A stretch of DNA of 64,000 bases from an uncultured virus (IMG/VR IMGVR_UViG_3300029268_000005) (IMGVR_UViG_3300029268_000005); one strand, 5' to 3'. Numbered from the stretch's first letter, positions 29,060 through 39,016 are shown. Notes: generated by a model not told the origin, from the letters alone. Numbers and translations are program-made.

Positions 29060-30321
29060 GTCACCTCCTGCATGTACTCACGAAGGATTTGCCGTTTTAC
29101 CGCCGGACGCGGCACGGCCAGAACTGCCAAGTTGTCGATCAACTGCTGTGCACCTGAGAGTGTCCGGTGTCTCAGTGAATCCTCGTCACGTAGTCGCTGC
29201 GCCAGATCCATATCCGGCCCAACAACTTGTTCAATGGCGTCATAAGCCTCTGCCAATTCACCCTGACCAAGACCGACGGCGTCTAACAGCTCGCGGCCCT
29301 CGCGAATAACATCATGGATGTTACTCACCACGGTGTCACGAAACACCTTGGGCTTATCATCCTGCAGAACCCGAGTTGCGTACTCTTCAGATGACAGACG
29401 AACAGTCGAACGTGTGCCATCGCTATTAACCACTGTCAGGTAGCGATAGCGACTTGTTCTTCGCTCATGTACCACCTCGAACTGGCCGTCCAGCAATTTC
29501 CTAGCCGATAGACGTTCAGCCAAATGGCCTAGATGCTCGGCTAATGTGCGAGCAATCCGTTGCTCCTCGTGCTGCACTACCATCTCTAATCGACGCTTCT
29601 GCTCTTCCAGCTGCCGTTTGGCTGTGGCTGGATCCAGACGCATTAGATAGCTGGGTACATCGGCGGTGCTGCCGTACGTCCATGTAATGGCAGCTCGTTC
29701 GACCGGATCGAACATGTAGTCAGCCTCTTTGTAGAGACGTGACCCTAATGTTTTGCGCCGTTCTGTTCGTATCGCTGGCATGACGTCACGCAGCTCGACC
29801 AGCGTCCTCTCAAACGGTATGACCAGCGCTGTCATGCCTTCGTCGTACTGCTTGTGTTTGCCCATAGGCAGCAGTCGTCGACCTGCCTCTGGATACCATA
29901 GTGTCATACCCAGATGAAATGCCTGAATAGCCGACCGTGCGGCCATGACAGATGCGATCTTCGGGTGCTTTGAGTCGAGCAGCTGCTTCGCAAAGATTAT
30001 CGACTCAGCAGATGCGTCGAAAAGCTTTGCGACCTGCGCACGCTGTGCTGCCGTGACTTGGCGCTGGCCGGGCAAGAAGCTGCGAGACAGCTTGACTGTC
30101 TCATACTGCTGTGACAACCGCTCAGCAGTGATCTGAATTCGCGCCTGATCGAACTTAAGCTCTAGCTGTTCCTTAGCTGGTTTCTTTTTGCTGCGGCTCT
30201 TAACCGGCACGGGCCCGCCTCCTATGTGACCCAAGTACTTCATTGAGATGAGCTTCATGTCTATCTGCGTAGTACTTGCCGGAATATTCAGCGGCAAGGC
30301 ACTGTCCAGAAGCCCACTCAC
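29044..30321 (-). CDS. Helical hypothetical, DUF3150-like; start uncertain
   Basis: KQLLDSKHP, MTLWYPEAGRRLL, LGSRLYKEADY; directly downstream of the AAA ATPase. Confidence 0.55.
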   Translation of the reverse strand: MSGLLDSALPLNIPASTTQIDMKLISMKYLGHIGGGPVPVKSRSKKKPAKEQLELKFDQARIQITAERLSQQYETVKLSRSFLPGQRQVTAAQRAQVAKLFDASAESIIFAKQLLDSKHPKIASVMAARSAIQAFHLGMTLWYPEAGRRLLPMGKHKQYDEGMTALVIPFERTLVELRDVMPAIRTERRKTLGSRLYKEADYMFDPVERAAITWTYGSTADVPSYLMRLDPATAKRQLEEQKRRLEMVVQHEEQRIARTLAEHLGHLAERLSARKLLDGQFEVVHERRTSRYRYLTVVNSDGTRSTVRLSSEEYATRVLQDDKPKVFRDTVVSNIHDVIREGRELLDAVGLGQGELAEAYDAIEQVVGPDMDLAQRLRDEDSLRHRTLSGAQQLIDNLAVLAVPRPAVKRQILREYMQEVTCAAT

Positions 30322-31789
30322 GTAATCGTGTCAGCTGGTCATGGTAACGATCAACGATCCTCGGCTGCATATCACCAAACTCTGCCACAGATACACCGGT
30401 TAACTTGGCTACGTGGCAGCAGTTTTCAATTTCAGCTCCAGTCCACTCTGCGTCATTTGGCAGCTGTATCTTAACTGCCTCTTCGACAGTCTTGGCATGC
30501 TTGTAGTTCATTAGATGCAGATTCCATATCTCCCGCTTCGCGGCAGTGCCAGGAAGATCGAGAAAGAATACTGCGTCTACACGGCCTGGACGACTAAACT
30601 CCACAGGCATAGAAGACATATCGTTGCATGTAGCGATGAAGTAGATATCGCTCTCATGGTCGTTAAGCCACTTCAGTATCTCGCCAAACAATCGTGCGGC
30701 GACGCCTGAGTCTGTTGACGCAGATGCCTGACCGCCGGCAAGACTTTTCTCGACTTCGTCGCAGAACAATATGGCTGGTGCCATCTTGTCCGCTATCTGT
30801 AACGCTTGTCGTACCTGACGCTCTGTCTGGCCAACAAGCGAGCCCATCATCGCACCAACGTCCAACACCAGTGTAGGACGCCCGGTCTCGTTACCAAGCG
30901 CCTTAGCGAATAGCGACTTACCGACGCCGGAAAGACCTAACAACAGTAAGCCTTTGGCTTTTCTATCGTCTGTATCCCTGGGTGTCAGGCACGTCTTGCT
31001 AAACTGCTTGAGAAAATTCAAGCCACCAATCTTCGAGAACGATTCCTTGCCCTTATAGACTGACAGACCAGGAACGCCCTTCTTCAACTCAGCTGCCTTT
31101 TCGTCCCACAAAATACCTGGCTGCACCGTGCGTGCTCGTTTTAGCGACAGCGCAATTGCGCCTTCGGCCTGGAAACGGCTCAGACCGGCCATTGAAGCTA
31201 GTGCGGCTTTGGTGACATTGTTGTCCGAAGGCAACTCAGAAGGCTCACAAACAGCCGTCATGATTTCATGCAGCTGTGCACTGTCTGGCAGCTCATGCTC
31301 GATAACGCTGACTATGTCCTTGATCTCAGGCGGTATGGCCAGCACAGCCGACAAAATGATGACGTACTGCCTACGGACGGCCTTACCCTCCATTATCTGA
31401 TGGTAGAGCATCTGATAATGAAGTGGCTGCGGCAGAACGCCATGGGCGTTATGTAGCACCATGATTGCCGGGCGCTCGTACTTTACGTCCTTCGGATCTG
31501 TGCCGCGCACAACGTTCATATCCTGCAACACAGCAATGGCCTGCTGCAGCCTGGTATCAGGCGGTGTTCCTGGTCGATTGCCAGCAGGCATAAGCACAGC
31601 CTTGCCGTATTTGTCGTCCAGAACACGTGTGCCACGTTCGGCATCCCAGATGCCAAAGAACCATTTGCGGCGAATACACAGCTGCTGGATATCGTCTATG
31701 GCTGCAGCTTGTTCGCCTGCATTCGATACAACATAAAGGCCAGTGAAGCCTGTGATGACTCGTTCTTCGATAGAGTCTTGAAAGGTCAC
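30200..31789 (-). CDS. AAA+ ATPase, Ycf46-like
   Basis: IGGL..LK, Walker A GLSGVGKS, Walker B ILFCDEVEK, SRH ATCND...PVEFSRPGRVD, WTGAEIE. Confidence 0.9.
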   Translation of the reverse strand: MTFQDSIEERVITGFTGLYVVSNAGEQAAAIDDIQQLCIRRKWFFGIWDAERGTRVLDDKYGKAVLMPAGNRPGTPPDTRLQQAIAVLQDMNVVRGTDPKDVKYERPAIMVLHNAHGVLPQPLHYQMLYHQIMEGKAVRRQYVIILSAVLAIPPEIKDIVSVIEHELPDSAQLHEIMTAVCEPSELPSDNNVTKAALASMAGLSRFQAEGAIALSLKRARTVQPGILWDEKAAELKKGVPGLSVYKGKESFSKIGGLNFLKQFSKTCLTPRDTDDRKAKGLLLLGLSGVGKSLFAKALGNETGRPTLVLDVGAMMGSLVGQTERQVRQALQIADKMAPAILFCDEVEKSLAGGQASASTDSGVAARLFGEILKWLNDHESDIYFIATCNDMSSMPVEFSRPGRVDAVFFLDLPGTAAKREIWNLHLMNYKHAKTVEEAVKIQLPNDAEWTGAEIENCCHVAKLTGVSVAEFGDMQPRIVDRYHDQLTRLREWASGQCLAAEYSGKYYADRHEAHLNEVLGSHRRRARAG

Positions 31790-31971
31790 TGAACCACCTC
31801 TGACGCTATGCCCACGTCAAACTGTTCGGGTTTTGGATCCGACCTGATAATGGTCAATCCAAGTTTGCTGCATATCTCGCGCAGCTTGTCTTCACAGGCT
31901 GGGCCTCGAAAGCCGTCGGTCTCCAGCAACGCACCGTTGGGCGTGATCTTGATCTTGATGCGTTCTGTCAT
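31786..31971 (-). CDS. DUF2997-like small protein
   Basis: IKITPNG...ETDGFRGPAC...LG....KPE pattern; upstream of Ycf46-like ATPase. Confidence 0.7.
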   Translation of the reverse strand: MTERIKIKITPNGALLETDGFRGPACEDKLREICSKLGLTIIRSDPKPEQFDVGIASEVVQ

Positions 31972-32342
31972 GGTGTTGTCGTTTCCGAAAGTGTCAGCTC
32001 CAGTTCAATGGAGCCATCGAGACGAACAACCTGCAGCTGATCAATGGGCCGCAAGCTAAGCTGAGACAAAAGCTCTAGCTGATACTCCATGGCGAATTGA
32101 TCAAGATCACGCTGCTGCGTAACGCTGCGACGGCGCTGGAAGTCTGAGTCCAGCTGATTACCAGTGCGCAGATCAATAGACATCTGTGTGCCGGAAGGCA
32201 ACACAACATACGCATACGGGTCGGTACCTGTTACGGTACAACCCAGACGATCACACGTTTTTTGCAAGATATCGCGACTGCGTATATCTCGCTTAATCTG
32301 TACCACTGTGCTCATACTTCCTCCCATAAATAGACAAACCAC
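31968..32342 (-). CDS. DUF1257-like protein
   Basis: MSTVVQIK..IR....L...C.RLG...DGSIEL; gene context. Confidence 0.65.
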   Translation of the reverse strand: MVCLFMGGSMSTVVQIKRDIRSRDILQKTCDRLGCTVTGTDPYAYVVLPSGTQMSIDLRTGNQLDSDFQRRRSVTQQRDLDQFAMEYQLELLSQLSLRPIDQLQVVRLDGSIELELTLSETTTP

Positions 32343-32369
32343 CGGCCGTAGTGTTAGTACGGCCGGTGG
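32339..32369 (-). terminator. Hairpin/possible terminator
   Basis: CCACCGGCCGTA...TACGGCCGGTGG inverted repeat followed by TTTG on the minus strand. Confidence 0.45.
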
Positions 32370-32384
32370 CTATGAACGATCAGA

Positions 32385-32768
32385 CTAGCTGCGCAACTGG
32401 GCCTCCAGCAACGACACTAGTCCACGCGCCATCGAAAGGATAGTCTGCATCCTTTCGACCTTCTCAATTTGTTGCACTCCATCGCGAAGCTTCTTGGCCA
32501 GAAGCTCGGCGTTCGATTCTTTTGCCGGCTTCGACCTCTTGACGGCTACCTTGCCGTTCACAGCCTTCTTCAGCTGCCGAAGCGTTCGCTTGTTGCGACG
32601 CAGCTTGTGCCGGGCGCTGTGCACGTCCTTACGCACAATCGCCTTGTGTCCTGCGGTGTGAAGAGAATCCAAGATCTCATCGATCGAGGCGTCCGGCGCC
32701 TGCAACAGAGCGGCCGTGACAATCGCTGCGCGAGACGGTTTCGAACGTACCATTAAACACTCCTTCAC
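32385..32768 (-). CDS. Basic hypothetical protein, possibly DNA-binding (127 aa)
   Basis: Lys/Arg-rich ORF. Confidence 0.6.
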   Translation of the reverse strand: MKECLMVRSKPSRAAIVTAALLQAPDASIDEILDSLHTAGHKAIVRKDVHSARHKLRRNKRTLRQLKKAVNGKVAVKRSKPAKESNAELLAKKLRDGVQQIEKVERMQTILSMARGLVSLLEAQLRS

Positions 32769-32832
32769 GTGAGAAACAAAAAGCTAGCATCCTAGCAAAA
32801 TAATCACAGCACATCATGCGCTGCGAACATAA

Positions 32833-33342
32833 CTACTCACGACCGGTGCGTGGATCAAAATCAATGTCGACCCAGGCACCAAACCCACGAGCATCCCACT
32901 TCATAAACCGACGCTGTATCTCTTTTGTTTGCGTCTTGTATTGTGAGCGCGGGAACTGCTCTTTGAGCTGGTCGATAGCGTCGCCTTCCCACAGTACCAC
33001 CTCTTCGCCACCATTAACCCGCTCTATAAACCTGTAAGCGGGTCGGGCTCCGTGAATGGATAAGTAGGAATGCAACAGTTTCCGGTCAAAAGACCACTTG
33101 AGTGCAAATGGACCTTTGTGACCGTGACCTTGTACGTAGTAGATTAGATCCCCAGGCTTAGGGCGTCTACTAGTGTCAGAAAGACCAACGTACAAGGCTT
33201 GCTCGTGTTCGATAACACAATGGCACCCATGGAAGAACACATCGTCATTATCGTCACGAGCAATAAAGCCAAATGGGTTCTCGTCCACACGGGAGAAGAA
33301 CTTTACTACGCCTGGCTTAATGCGCCCCACGAGTTCCTCCAT
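32833..33342 (-). CDS. Cold-shock (OB-fold) domain protein
   Basis: GVVKFF....PFGFI....DDVFFH (RNP1/RNP2) and KGPFA. Confidence 0.8.
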   Translation of the reverse strand: MEELVGRIKPGVVKFFSRVDENPFGFIARDDNDDVFFHGCHCVIEHEQALYVGLSDTSRRPKPGDLIYYVQGHGHKGPFALKWSFDRKLLHSYLSIHGARPAYRFIERVNGGEEVVLWEGDAIDQLKEQFPRSQYKTQTKEIQRRFMKWDARGFGAWVDIDFDPRTGRE

Positions 33343-33708
33343 ACCTAAAGGCTACCAAGTAATTATGCCCCTAATAGCCACAAGTATTCAATGAGCTAAG
33401 GCAACAAGACAACTGCACCAGGACCGTGTCGAGAATAAATCTCAGTCGCGTCAACGACAAACACAGTGATCAATTGTGAATGTCTGCTGGTTCAGGTCGA
33501 TCGTTCGCTAAAGGTCCTCCGGAAAGGTGAAAAGCACCCACAGTTGTCCGAAACCGATAAGGAGGCAAAATCCGGCGGTTTAACACCAGGTCATCCTGGC
33601 GTTGGCGCTAACAGTTCGTGTATCAAGGCCTCACTGTTAGCCACGTGTTGCCTATGCTTCGTCAAACATGATCGTCGTAATCAGAAGCATAGCTCATTGA
33701 CATAAAGG

Positions 33709-33972
33709 CTATTGAAGAATCACGTTATGGATGTTGTCTGTGTACTGAATGCTGACTTTCATTCCGTGTATTTCATCTAACCCTAAAACACCGAGTCGCC
33801 ACAACGTCTGGGCAGTCTCACTGTCGAAGTGCTGGCTACCCAGCAGCAATAGGTTATAAGCCGTGTCGACATACAACGTGACATACTCCGGTCGACGACG
33901 ATGAAGGCTAACAAAACTCTTCTCAGCCTCGACCAAGTCTGTCAAAGCCATACGACCCGCGTCAATAGACAT
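33709..33972 (-). CDS. Hypothetical protein
   Basis: ORF. Confidence 0.5.
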   Translation of the reverse strand: MSIDAGRMALTDLVEAEKSFVSLHRRRPEYVTLYVDTAYNLLLLGSQHFDSETAQTLWRLGVLGLDEIHGMKVSIQYTDNIHNVILQ

Positions 33973-34030
33973 GACTGATCTCCGTGATAGTTATACACTT
34001 TACCTGGATGGCGACACTGCTACAAGTACA

Positions 34031-34474
34031 TTACCAGTACGGTACGCCAGTCCCATCCAGGGCCCTACGAAGCGCTATTCCATGAACCATACGCCACAAA
34101 GCAACAACGGCAAGACGAATGTTCAGCGGTCGTTGCTTAAACTCCTCGGGTGTGGTGCCTAGCCACCGAGTGAGTCGGCAAAAGTCGTCAAGCGACAATA
34201 GCCCAATCATGGTGCTTCGTATGAACGCTTTATGCATGCTGCCAAACATGTCAGGAGTCGCATCGGTTCGTTTGGCAATAAGTTCAAGTTCAATGTCTAG
34301 GCCGTTCATCACGCTGTGTGCGGCCTGCTTTATCGTCTCTTCTACGTCTATTCGTGGTAGCCAGGTAGACATAGTCATACCAACTGTCGAGTTAGTGTGC
34401 TGCGTGGGGCAGACGACCTGTGTGCCTGATTTACGAGTGCGGTGATATTTGTCATCATGTTGCCATGATTGCAT
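34031..34474 (-). CDS. Hypothetical protein (start probably ~34378)
   Basis: ORF tiling. Confidence 0.5.
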   Translation of the reverse strand: MQSWQHDDKYHRTRKSGTQVVCPTQHTNSTVGMTMSTWLPRIDVEETIKQAAHSVMNGLDIELELIAKRTDATPDMFGSMHKAFIRSTMIGLLSLDDFCRLTRWLGTTPEEFKQRPLNIRLAVVALWRMVHGIALRRALDGTGVPYW

Positions 34475-34896
34475 GCTGCTGGCAGCTCCTGCGGACCAAT
34501 AACACTGCAGCCCGCTCGACTATATAGTTGCGCAGCAGTTGTGGCTGCCGCAGATGTGCTCATTATCTCGGGCCAGTAGTCTAAGTCATTCGCACTTTTG
34601 ACAAACAATACAAATAGTTGTTGTTCTAGCGTGACCTCGGCTACAGCCTTCAACAAGCTTCTTGGATCAGCATACCATGTGGCATTGCTCAGTTGTATAC
34701 GTACGCCGCCGCCGAGGCAACCAGCAACAGTGCCAAGCGGCTTTCTGAACATGCTGGTTGCCTCGGTGAGAGCAGCTACTGTTATCTGCGGAACGTCAGT
34801 AGCATTAAGCTGGTAGAACAGCACCTGTGTGTTTAACCTAGGGCAGTCCTCCAGCCTCGCAAGGAAACTACGACGTCGGCTGAGTGGTGGTTTCAT
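34375..34896 (-). CDS. Hypothetical protein
   Basis: ORF tiling. Confidence 0.5.
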   Translation of the reverse strand: MKPPLSRRRSFLARLEDCPRLNTQVLFYQLNATDVPQITVAALTEATSMFRKPLGTVAGCLGGGVRIQLSNATWYADPRSLLKAVAEVTLEQQLFVLFVKSANDLDYWPEIMSTSAAATTAAQLYSRAGCSVIGPQELPAACNHGNMMTNITALVNQAHRSSAPRSTLTRQLV

Positions 34897-35584
34897 CAGT
34901 TTCTTGCTTCTGCGCTTGCTGCGTAAGCTCAGTCATCCATGAATTCAACGTAGCGTTACTTGCGTCAAGTTCACGCTTCTTGTGCAGCCGAAACTCGAGA
35001 TCCGTCATCCACAGATACAACGTGTCTCGAATAACACGTGGAAATTGAGCCAGCCAATCATCCGGCGACTGCGTGCCAAACAACACAGGTTCAACCTGCA
35101 GCGGCTTGGCCCCCAATATGGCCCGCCAGTAGCCTACGTTGTTGTTGTTACGGCCCTTGAGTCGATCTTTCGAATGAATCATGGAAACGCCGTAGTAGCG
35201 CTGGTCGTTCAACGTGAAGGCCAGCAACAGCCCTGCACGAACATCGCCGCCGAGGTTGTTTACCCCGGCACGTTCGTTGATCTTGTCATAAAGGAACAGG
35301 CGCTTGCTGTGCAACTGAGCAACTCTACGAACGTGCGCCACGGCGTACTTGCAGAATTGCTCGTAGTCAAGCCTTGACGAGATTCGACGCAGCACCGAAT
35401 CGTCTAGTGGACAGGGCTCACAGCCATGCAGCTTGAGATAGTTGTCCCATAGCTCGATCTTCTCTTTGGCAAGGGTTGTCAGTCCTGCCTCAACGGCCTG
35501 CGTGACAAGCAGACGCATGTCGTAAGTCATCGTACGATGACCATACTCCAGCCCGTTTCGCTTCTTACACTTGCGTGAGGACAC
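34868..35584 (-). CDS. Hypothetical protein
   Basis: ORF tiling. Confidence 0.6.
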   Translation of the reverse strand: MSSRKCKKRNGLEYGHRTMTYDMRLLVTQAVEAGLTTLAKEKIELWDNYLKLHGCEPCPLDDSVLRRISSRLDYEQFCKYAVAHVRRVAQLHSKRLFLYDKINERAGVNNLGGDVRAGLLLAFTLNDQRYYGVSMIHSKDRLKGRNNNNVGYWRAILGAKPLQVEPVLFGTQSPDDWLAQFPRVIRDTLYLWMTDLEFRLHKKRELDASNATLNSWMTELTQQAQKQETDETTTQPTS

Positions 35585-36062
35585 CGCTATTCTCCTTTTT
35601 CCATTGGTCTATCCAGTTGTTCAGAATCTCTTCGAGACGCAACCACGAGCAGCCCTGCCCGGTAATCAGTACGCCACCGCCCGAACAACCCTGGGCGATG
35701 TTGGCGTTGCATACAGCCCACGTGAATGCCTGGCACTTAAGTGGCCGCCACGTGAACAGAAACAGCTGTATCAGAAGTGCCACCTGTTCCGGGTTGCCGT
35801 CCTTGTCAAAAAGGCGCAGGAAACGCGAGTTACCTTTGCTGTACAGCTGCCACTGGAAGTCCACTATGGGCGACATATCGCTATGCATAAGAAAGCGCGG
35901 ACCAGTCTTAGCCGGCATGATTTCCGTGTCGGCTATGTCTGAGCTGGCGACCTCAACACCGTTGGGCAGTATGGATACATCTTCAAGCTGAGACATCAAC
36001 CAGCGCTCTTCGTCCGTATTGATGTCGTCAATTACTGTGCTGAACTCAACGTACGTTGTCAT
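35565..36062 (-). CDS. Hypothetical protein
   Basis: ORF tiling. Confidence 0.6.
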   Translation of the reverse strand: MTTYVEFSTVIDDINTDEERWLMSQLEDVSILPNGVEVASSDIADTEIMPAKTGPRFLMHSDMSPIVDFQWQLYSKGNSRFLRLFDKDGNPEQVALLIQLFLFTWRPLKCQAFTWAVCNANIAQGCSGGGVLITGQGCSWLRLEEILNNWIDQWKKENSGVLTQV

Positions 36063-36065
36063 GAT

Positions 36066-36677
36066 TTACGACACCCAGTCTAGATGTTGTTGGATCGTAC
36101 CCAGTGTAGTGGGGCTGATTGTAGGCCACGGTGCAGCTGTATACTCTACGCAATAAGCCGGTTTGCCGTTGATGCGTAAGAATGCATCGCTGCCGCTGTC
36201 GGCATCTTCTCTGCTGTCCAGCCACACAAGTTGCAGACCTGGAACATTGGACGCTACGAACACGATATTGCCCTCATCGCACACTACGATGGCTCGCGGT
36301 GGCTGAACAACAACAGGATCTGCGCGCTTATCAATACGGTCGAGATACCGCTTTAGACTAGCTGCTTTTTCATACAGCTGCGCGGACTCGACTACATCTC
36401 TAGTGCCACCACCGCTACATACTTCGATAGTTGTGAGCCAATCAGTAAGTACTGTTCGTAGCTCATTACCGCGCTCGTCATACACAAGTCTGTCAGACAG
36501 CTGTGCAAGCTGCTTGTTACTTGTTGGTCTACACACGGCAAAGTAGCTTGGAAAGTTCTCCACTAGCTCTGCTGGAATCGTGTCCTTATCAACAGACTTG
36601 TAGTACGTCTGTCGAAGAAGCTGCAAGGCCGACAGGATTGTGGCCAACTCATCGTAGGTAACGGTTACTATCGGCAT
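36066..36677 (-). CDS. Hypothetical protein
   Basis: ORF tiling. Confidence 0.6.
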   Translation of the reverse strand: MPIVTVTYDELATILSALQLLRQTYYKSVDKDTIPAELVENFPSYFAVCRPTSNKQLAQLSDRLVYDERGNELRTVLTDWLTTIEVCSGGGTRDVVESAQLYEKAASLKRYLDRIDKRADPVVVQPPRAIVVCDEGNIVFVASNVPGLQLVWLDSREDADSGSDAFLRINGKPAYCVEYTAAPWPTISPTTLGTIQQHLDWVS

Positions 36678-36684
36678 TTGTTGT

Positions 36685-37743
36685 TTAGTCTATGTCACAC
36701 ACCACGGCAGGTAGTTTCTCTGTGACAACACAGCGGAACAGAGGGATAGCTGCATGATATTCGCCAACTGTCTCTAGCATGCTGGCCAAGATGCCAACGT
36801 GCATTGTCAGTTCGCGTTTCGTATTGTCAGTCACGTATGTGTAGTCGACTTGTGCGATGTGTGGCTCGAACCGACTAGCCAGTCGAGGCGAGTTTGGCGG
36901 CTGCAAGTACAGCTTCGACATCCAGCCTCCGACAACTTGGTCGGAGCCTGAGCCGCATCGCTCCGTGTAGAACATGTCTCGCCAAAAGCCACTGGCTACA
37001 GCCTGGACCTCGGCAGCTTCAGCTATCTCCTGAGCTAACTGTGTCAGAACCATATTGATAGTTTCGACAGACTTCAGCACAGCCTGATCCAGCTTCTGCA
37101 CAAGTAACGCTGTTACAGCTTGCCAGGCCAGTGCCAAGCGACCGTAGTCATCGGCCGTACCCAGCACTAGCACTGCAGGAAAGCCACAGGCACAAAGCAT
37201 GTAGTCGTAGTATGGCGATACCATGTCCATAAACGACGCGTAGCAAGCCATTCTGGAGGCGTCGTTGGTTGTAGAGAATTCCGGTAGAAACAGATCCACA
37301 CGTGTTGGCACACAATCCGACAGCATCGGGATAAATTCAGCTGGCTGCAGTATCGGGTTCAGTGTGTTGACTACGAGTGTCTTTTTGTCAGGAGACGTTG
37401 TGAACAGGCTGCGAAAGCTCTCAGGATCATTCTTGATCTGAACAGCCAGCTCACACAGCAAGCCCTGCCATATGACATCCGGTGTGATGACAGGCACCAG
37501 ATGCTGCGCCCAGCAGTACTCAAGATAGGCTAGATAGCCTCGATGATGGCCTGTTGCAGTTCCAATGTTGTCGTGAATGACAAAGATGCTTTGTGTGGCC
37601 TGCCGCGACATGTCGCGGCCGTACGCAGCATCGGACGTCGACTTATACGACACCACCCTGTCCGTGAAGTGTGACAGAAACCTACTATGATCAGCCTGTG
37701 CTACTTCGTTGTATTTGAGGGAAGAATCAAGCGAGATGAGCAT
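36685..37743 (-). CDS. DUF4419-like protein
   Basis: H....ITPDVIW...PEFSTT...MDMVSPYYDY...CGFP.V.VLGT.DDY...CGSG...GGW pattern. Confidence 0.7.
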   Translation of the reverse strand: MLISLDSSLKYNEVAQADHSRFLSHFTDRVVSYKSTSDAAYGRDMSRQATQSIFVIHDNIGTATGHHRGYLAYLEYCWAQHLVPVITPDVIWQGLLCELAVQIKNDPESFRSLFTTSPDKKTLVVNTLNPILQPAEFIPMLSDCVPTRVDLFLPEFSTTNDASRMACYASFMDMVSPYYDYMLCACGFPAVLVLGTADDYGRLALAWQAVTALLVQKLDQAVLKSVETINMVLTQLAQEIAEAAEVQAVASGFWRDMFYTERCGSGSDQVVGGWMSKLYLQPPNSPRLASRFEPHIAQVDYTYVTDNTKRELTMHVGILASMLETVGEYHAAIPLFRCVVTEKLPAVVCDID

Positions 37744-37820
37744 ATTGCTGCCTATACGCGATGCGTAATCAGGGAATAGCGGTGAACGAACAAAGCTACA
37801 AGATGTGCTAGGACGTAACA

Positions 37821-37846
37821 GAAAAAGCCGACCATAGATCGGCTTC
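37821..37846 (-). terminator. Rho-independent terminator
   Basis: Minus strand GAAGCCGA-tctatgg-TCGGCTTTTTC. Confidence 0.6.
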
Positions 37847-37869
37847 TACGTCCTTGTCAGAATTGGCTA

Positions 37870-38199
37870 CTAATTGCCCAGTGCACCCAGGCCACCGCCC
37901 AGAAGTGCGCCTGCAGCTGCGCCATAAGCAGAGCCATAGCTGGGGTTCTCAATGAACGGTTCAGCGTAATCGCCTAGGCCGTGCTTAGCTGCCAACATGG
38001 CCAACCACGGGGCAGCCAAATAGCCTGCTGTGCCGCCTATGAGACCGCCTTTAGCAGTACGACGAATCTTTCGATTCTTTCGTCTCTTCTCGTCAGTATC
38101 AGACAACGAAGCAATGGCTTCTTGGATGTCGAAGGCCCGCTTGACGGTGCCCGAGGCTGCACGCTGACCGAGTTCGGCGGCTGTCATAAGAATACTCAC
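37870..38199 (-). CDS. Small glycine-zipper protein (109 aa) with a KRA motif
   Basis: GGLIGGTAG and GAAAGALLGGGLGALG. Confidence 0.65.
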   Translation of the reverse strand: MSILMTAAELGQRAASGTVKRAFDIQEAIASLSDTDEKRRKNRKIRRTAKGGLIGGTAGYLAAPWLAMLAAKHGLGDYAEPFIENPSYGSAYGAAAGALLGGGLGALGN

Positions 38200-38249
38200 T
38201 GAGGTTCTACATCCATCTTAGACGGCTATAGGCCGCCGGTCCATACAGG

Positions 38250-38510
38250 TCAATCAAGACCAGATTCTTCAGCAAGCCACGGGGGTAGCTTTAGCCCCAG
38301 CACAAGCTCGCCCTCTCGAATATCGGTGGCCTCCGTGTCGCCACCATTCTTGTAGCAAATGCCCCTAAGTTGACTTTTCGGCAACCACGTAAGGTGGTCG
38401 GACTCATTGAGCGGATAATTGTCGCTTAGCCCTATAGCCTTGTCTGTCTGACGTGCCAGATAGACTCTGACTTGCACCCAGGTAAAATTGGCCTTAGCCA
38501 CAGTGAACAC
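38250..38510 (-). CDS. Hypothetical phage protein
   Basis: TDKAI...WLPKSQ...LPPWLAEE pattern typical of small phage proteins. Confidence 0.6.
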   Translation of the reverse strand: MFTVAKANFTWVQVRVYLARQTDKAIGLSDNYPLNESDHLTWLPKSQLRGICYKNGGDTEATDIREGELVLGLKLPPWLAEESGLD

Positions 38511-38521
38511 CTCGTTGAATT

Positions 38522-38537
38522 TAATTAGCGCTAATTA
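38522..38537. repeat. Palindrome copy 3
   Basis: TAATTAGCGCTAATTA, intergenic. Confidence 0.9.
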
Positions 38538-38627
38538 CGTTCGCCAACAAAAATGACCATGACAGGTGCTCCGTCCTTGGCCCGTCATGGTCAACGTATC
38601 CGTACTATTTGGCAGGTCGGCTGCAGG

Positions 38628-38700
38628 TGGCCGTGACCGGACTTGAACCGATAACCTTGAGATTATGAATCTCACGAGCTGCCAATTGCTCCACACGGCG
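38628..38700 (-). tRNA. tRNA-Met(CAT), initiator-like
   Basis: Cloverleaf CGCCGTG TG GAGC..GCTC G TGAGA TTCATAA TCTCA AGGTT ATCGG TTCAAGT CCGGT CACGGCC A; 1:72 mismatch. Confidence 0.85.
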
Positions 38701-38703
38701 ACA

Positions 38704-38985
38704 TCAGGTCCTGTCTATCTTACGATATACAGGGCCCGTATCCTGTTTATACACGTTGCAACGATGATTCTGCAAGCGCTGCAGCGCCTCATCACGCGAC
38801 TTCTCGTCGACATACCACTTGTGCAGTCGCCACTTACGAAGCTGCACAAAACAGCTAGCCGGATTGCAGACCTCTATGCCGAATGGCTTTAGGCCACTCT
38901 TGGCTGCCTTCTTACGCCAGGTCCTGTCATCGTACGTATCAATTGCCTTGCCATCGGCTCGGTGATAGGGACGACTACGTGCCAT
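38704..38985 (-). CDS. Basic hypothetical protein
   Basis: ORF between tRNAs. Confidence 0.55.
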   Translation of the reverse strand: MARSRPYHRADGKAIDTYDDRTWRKKAAKSGLKPFGIEVCNPASCFVQLRKWRLHKWYVDEKSRDEALQRLQNHRCNVYKQDTGPVYRKIDRT

Positions 38986-39016
38986 AGCAGCTCTCCAATG
39001 GACTATGAAAAGCCAG

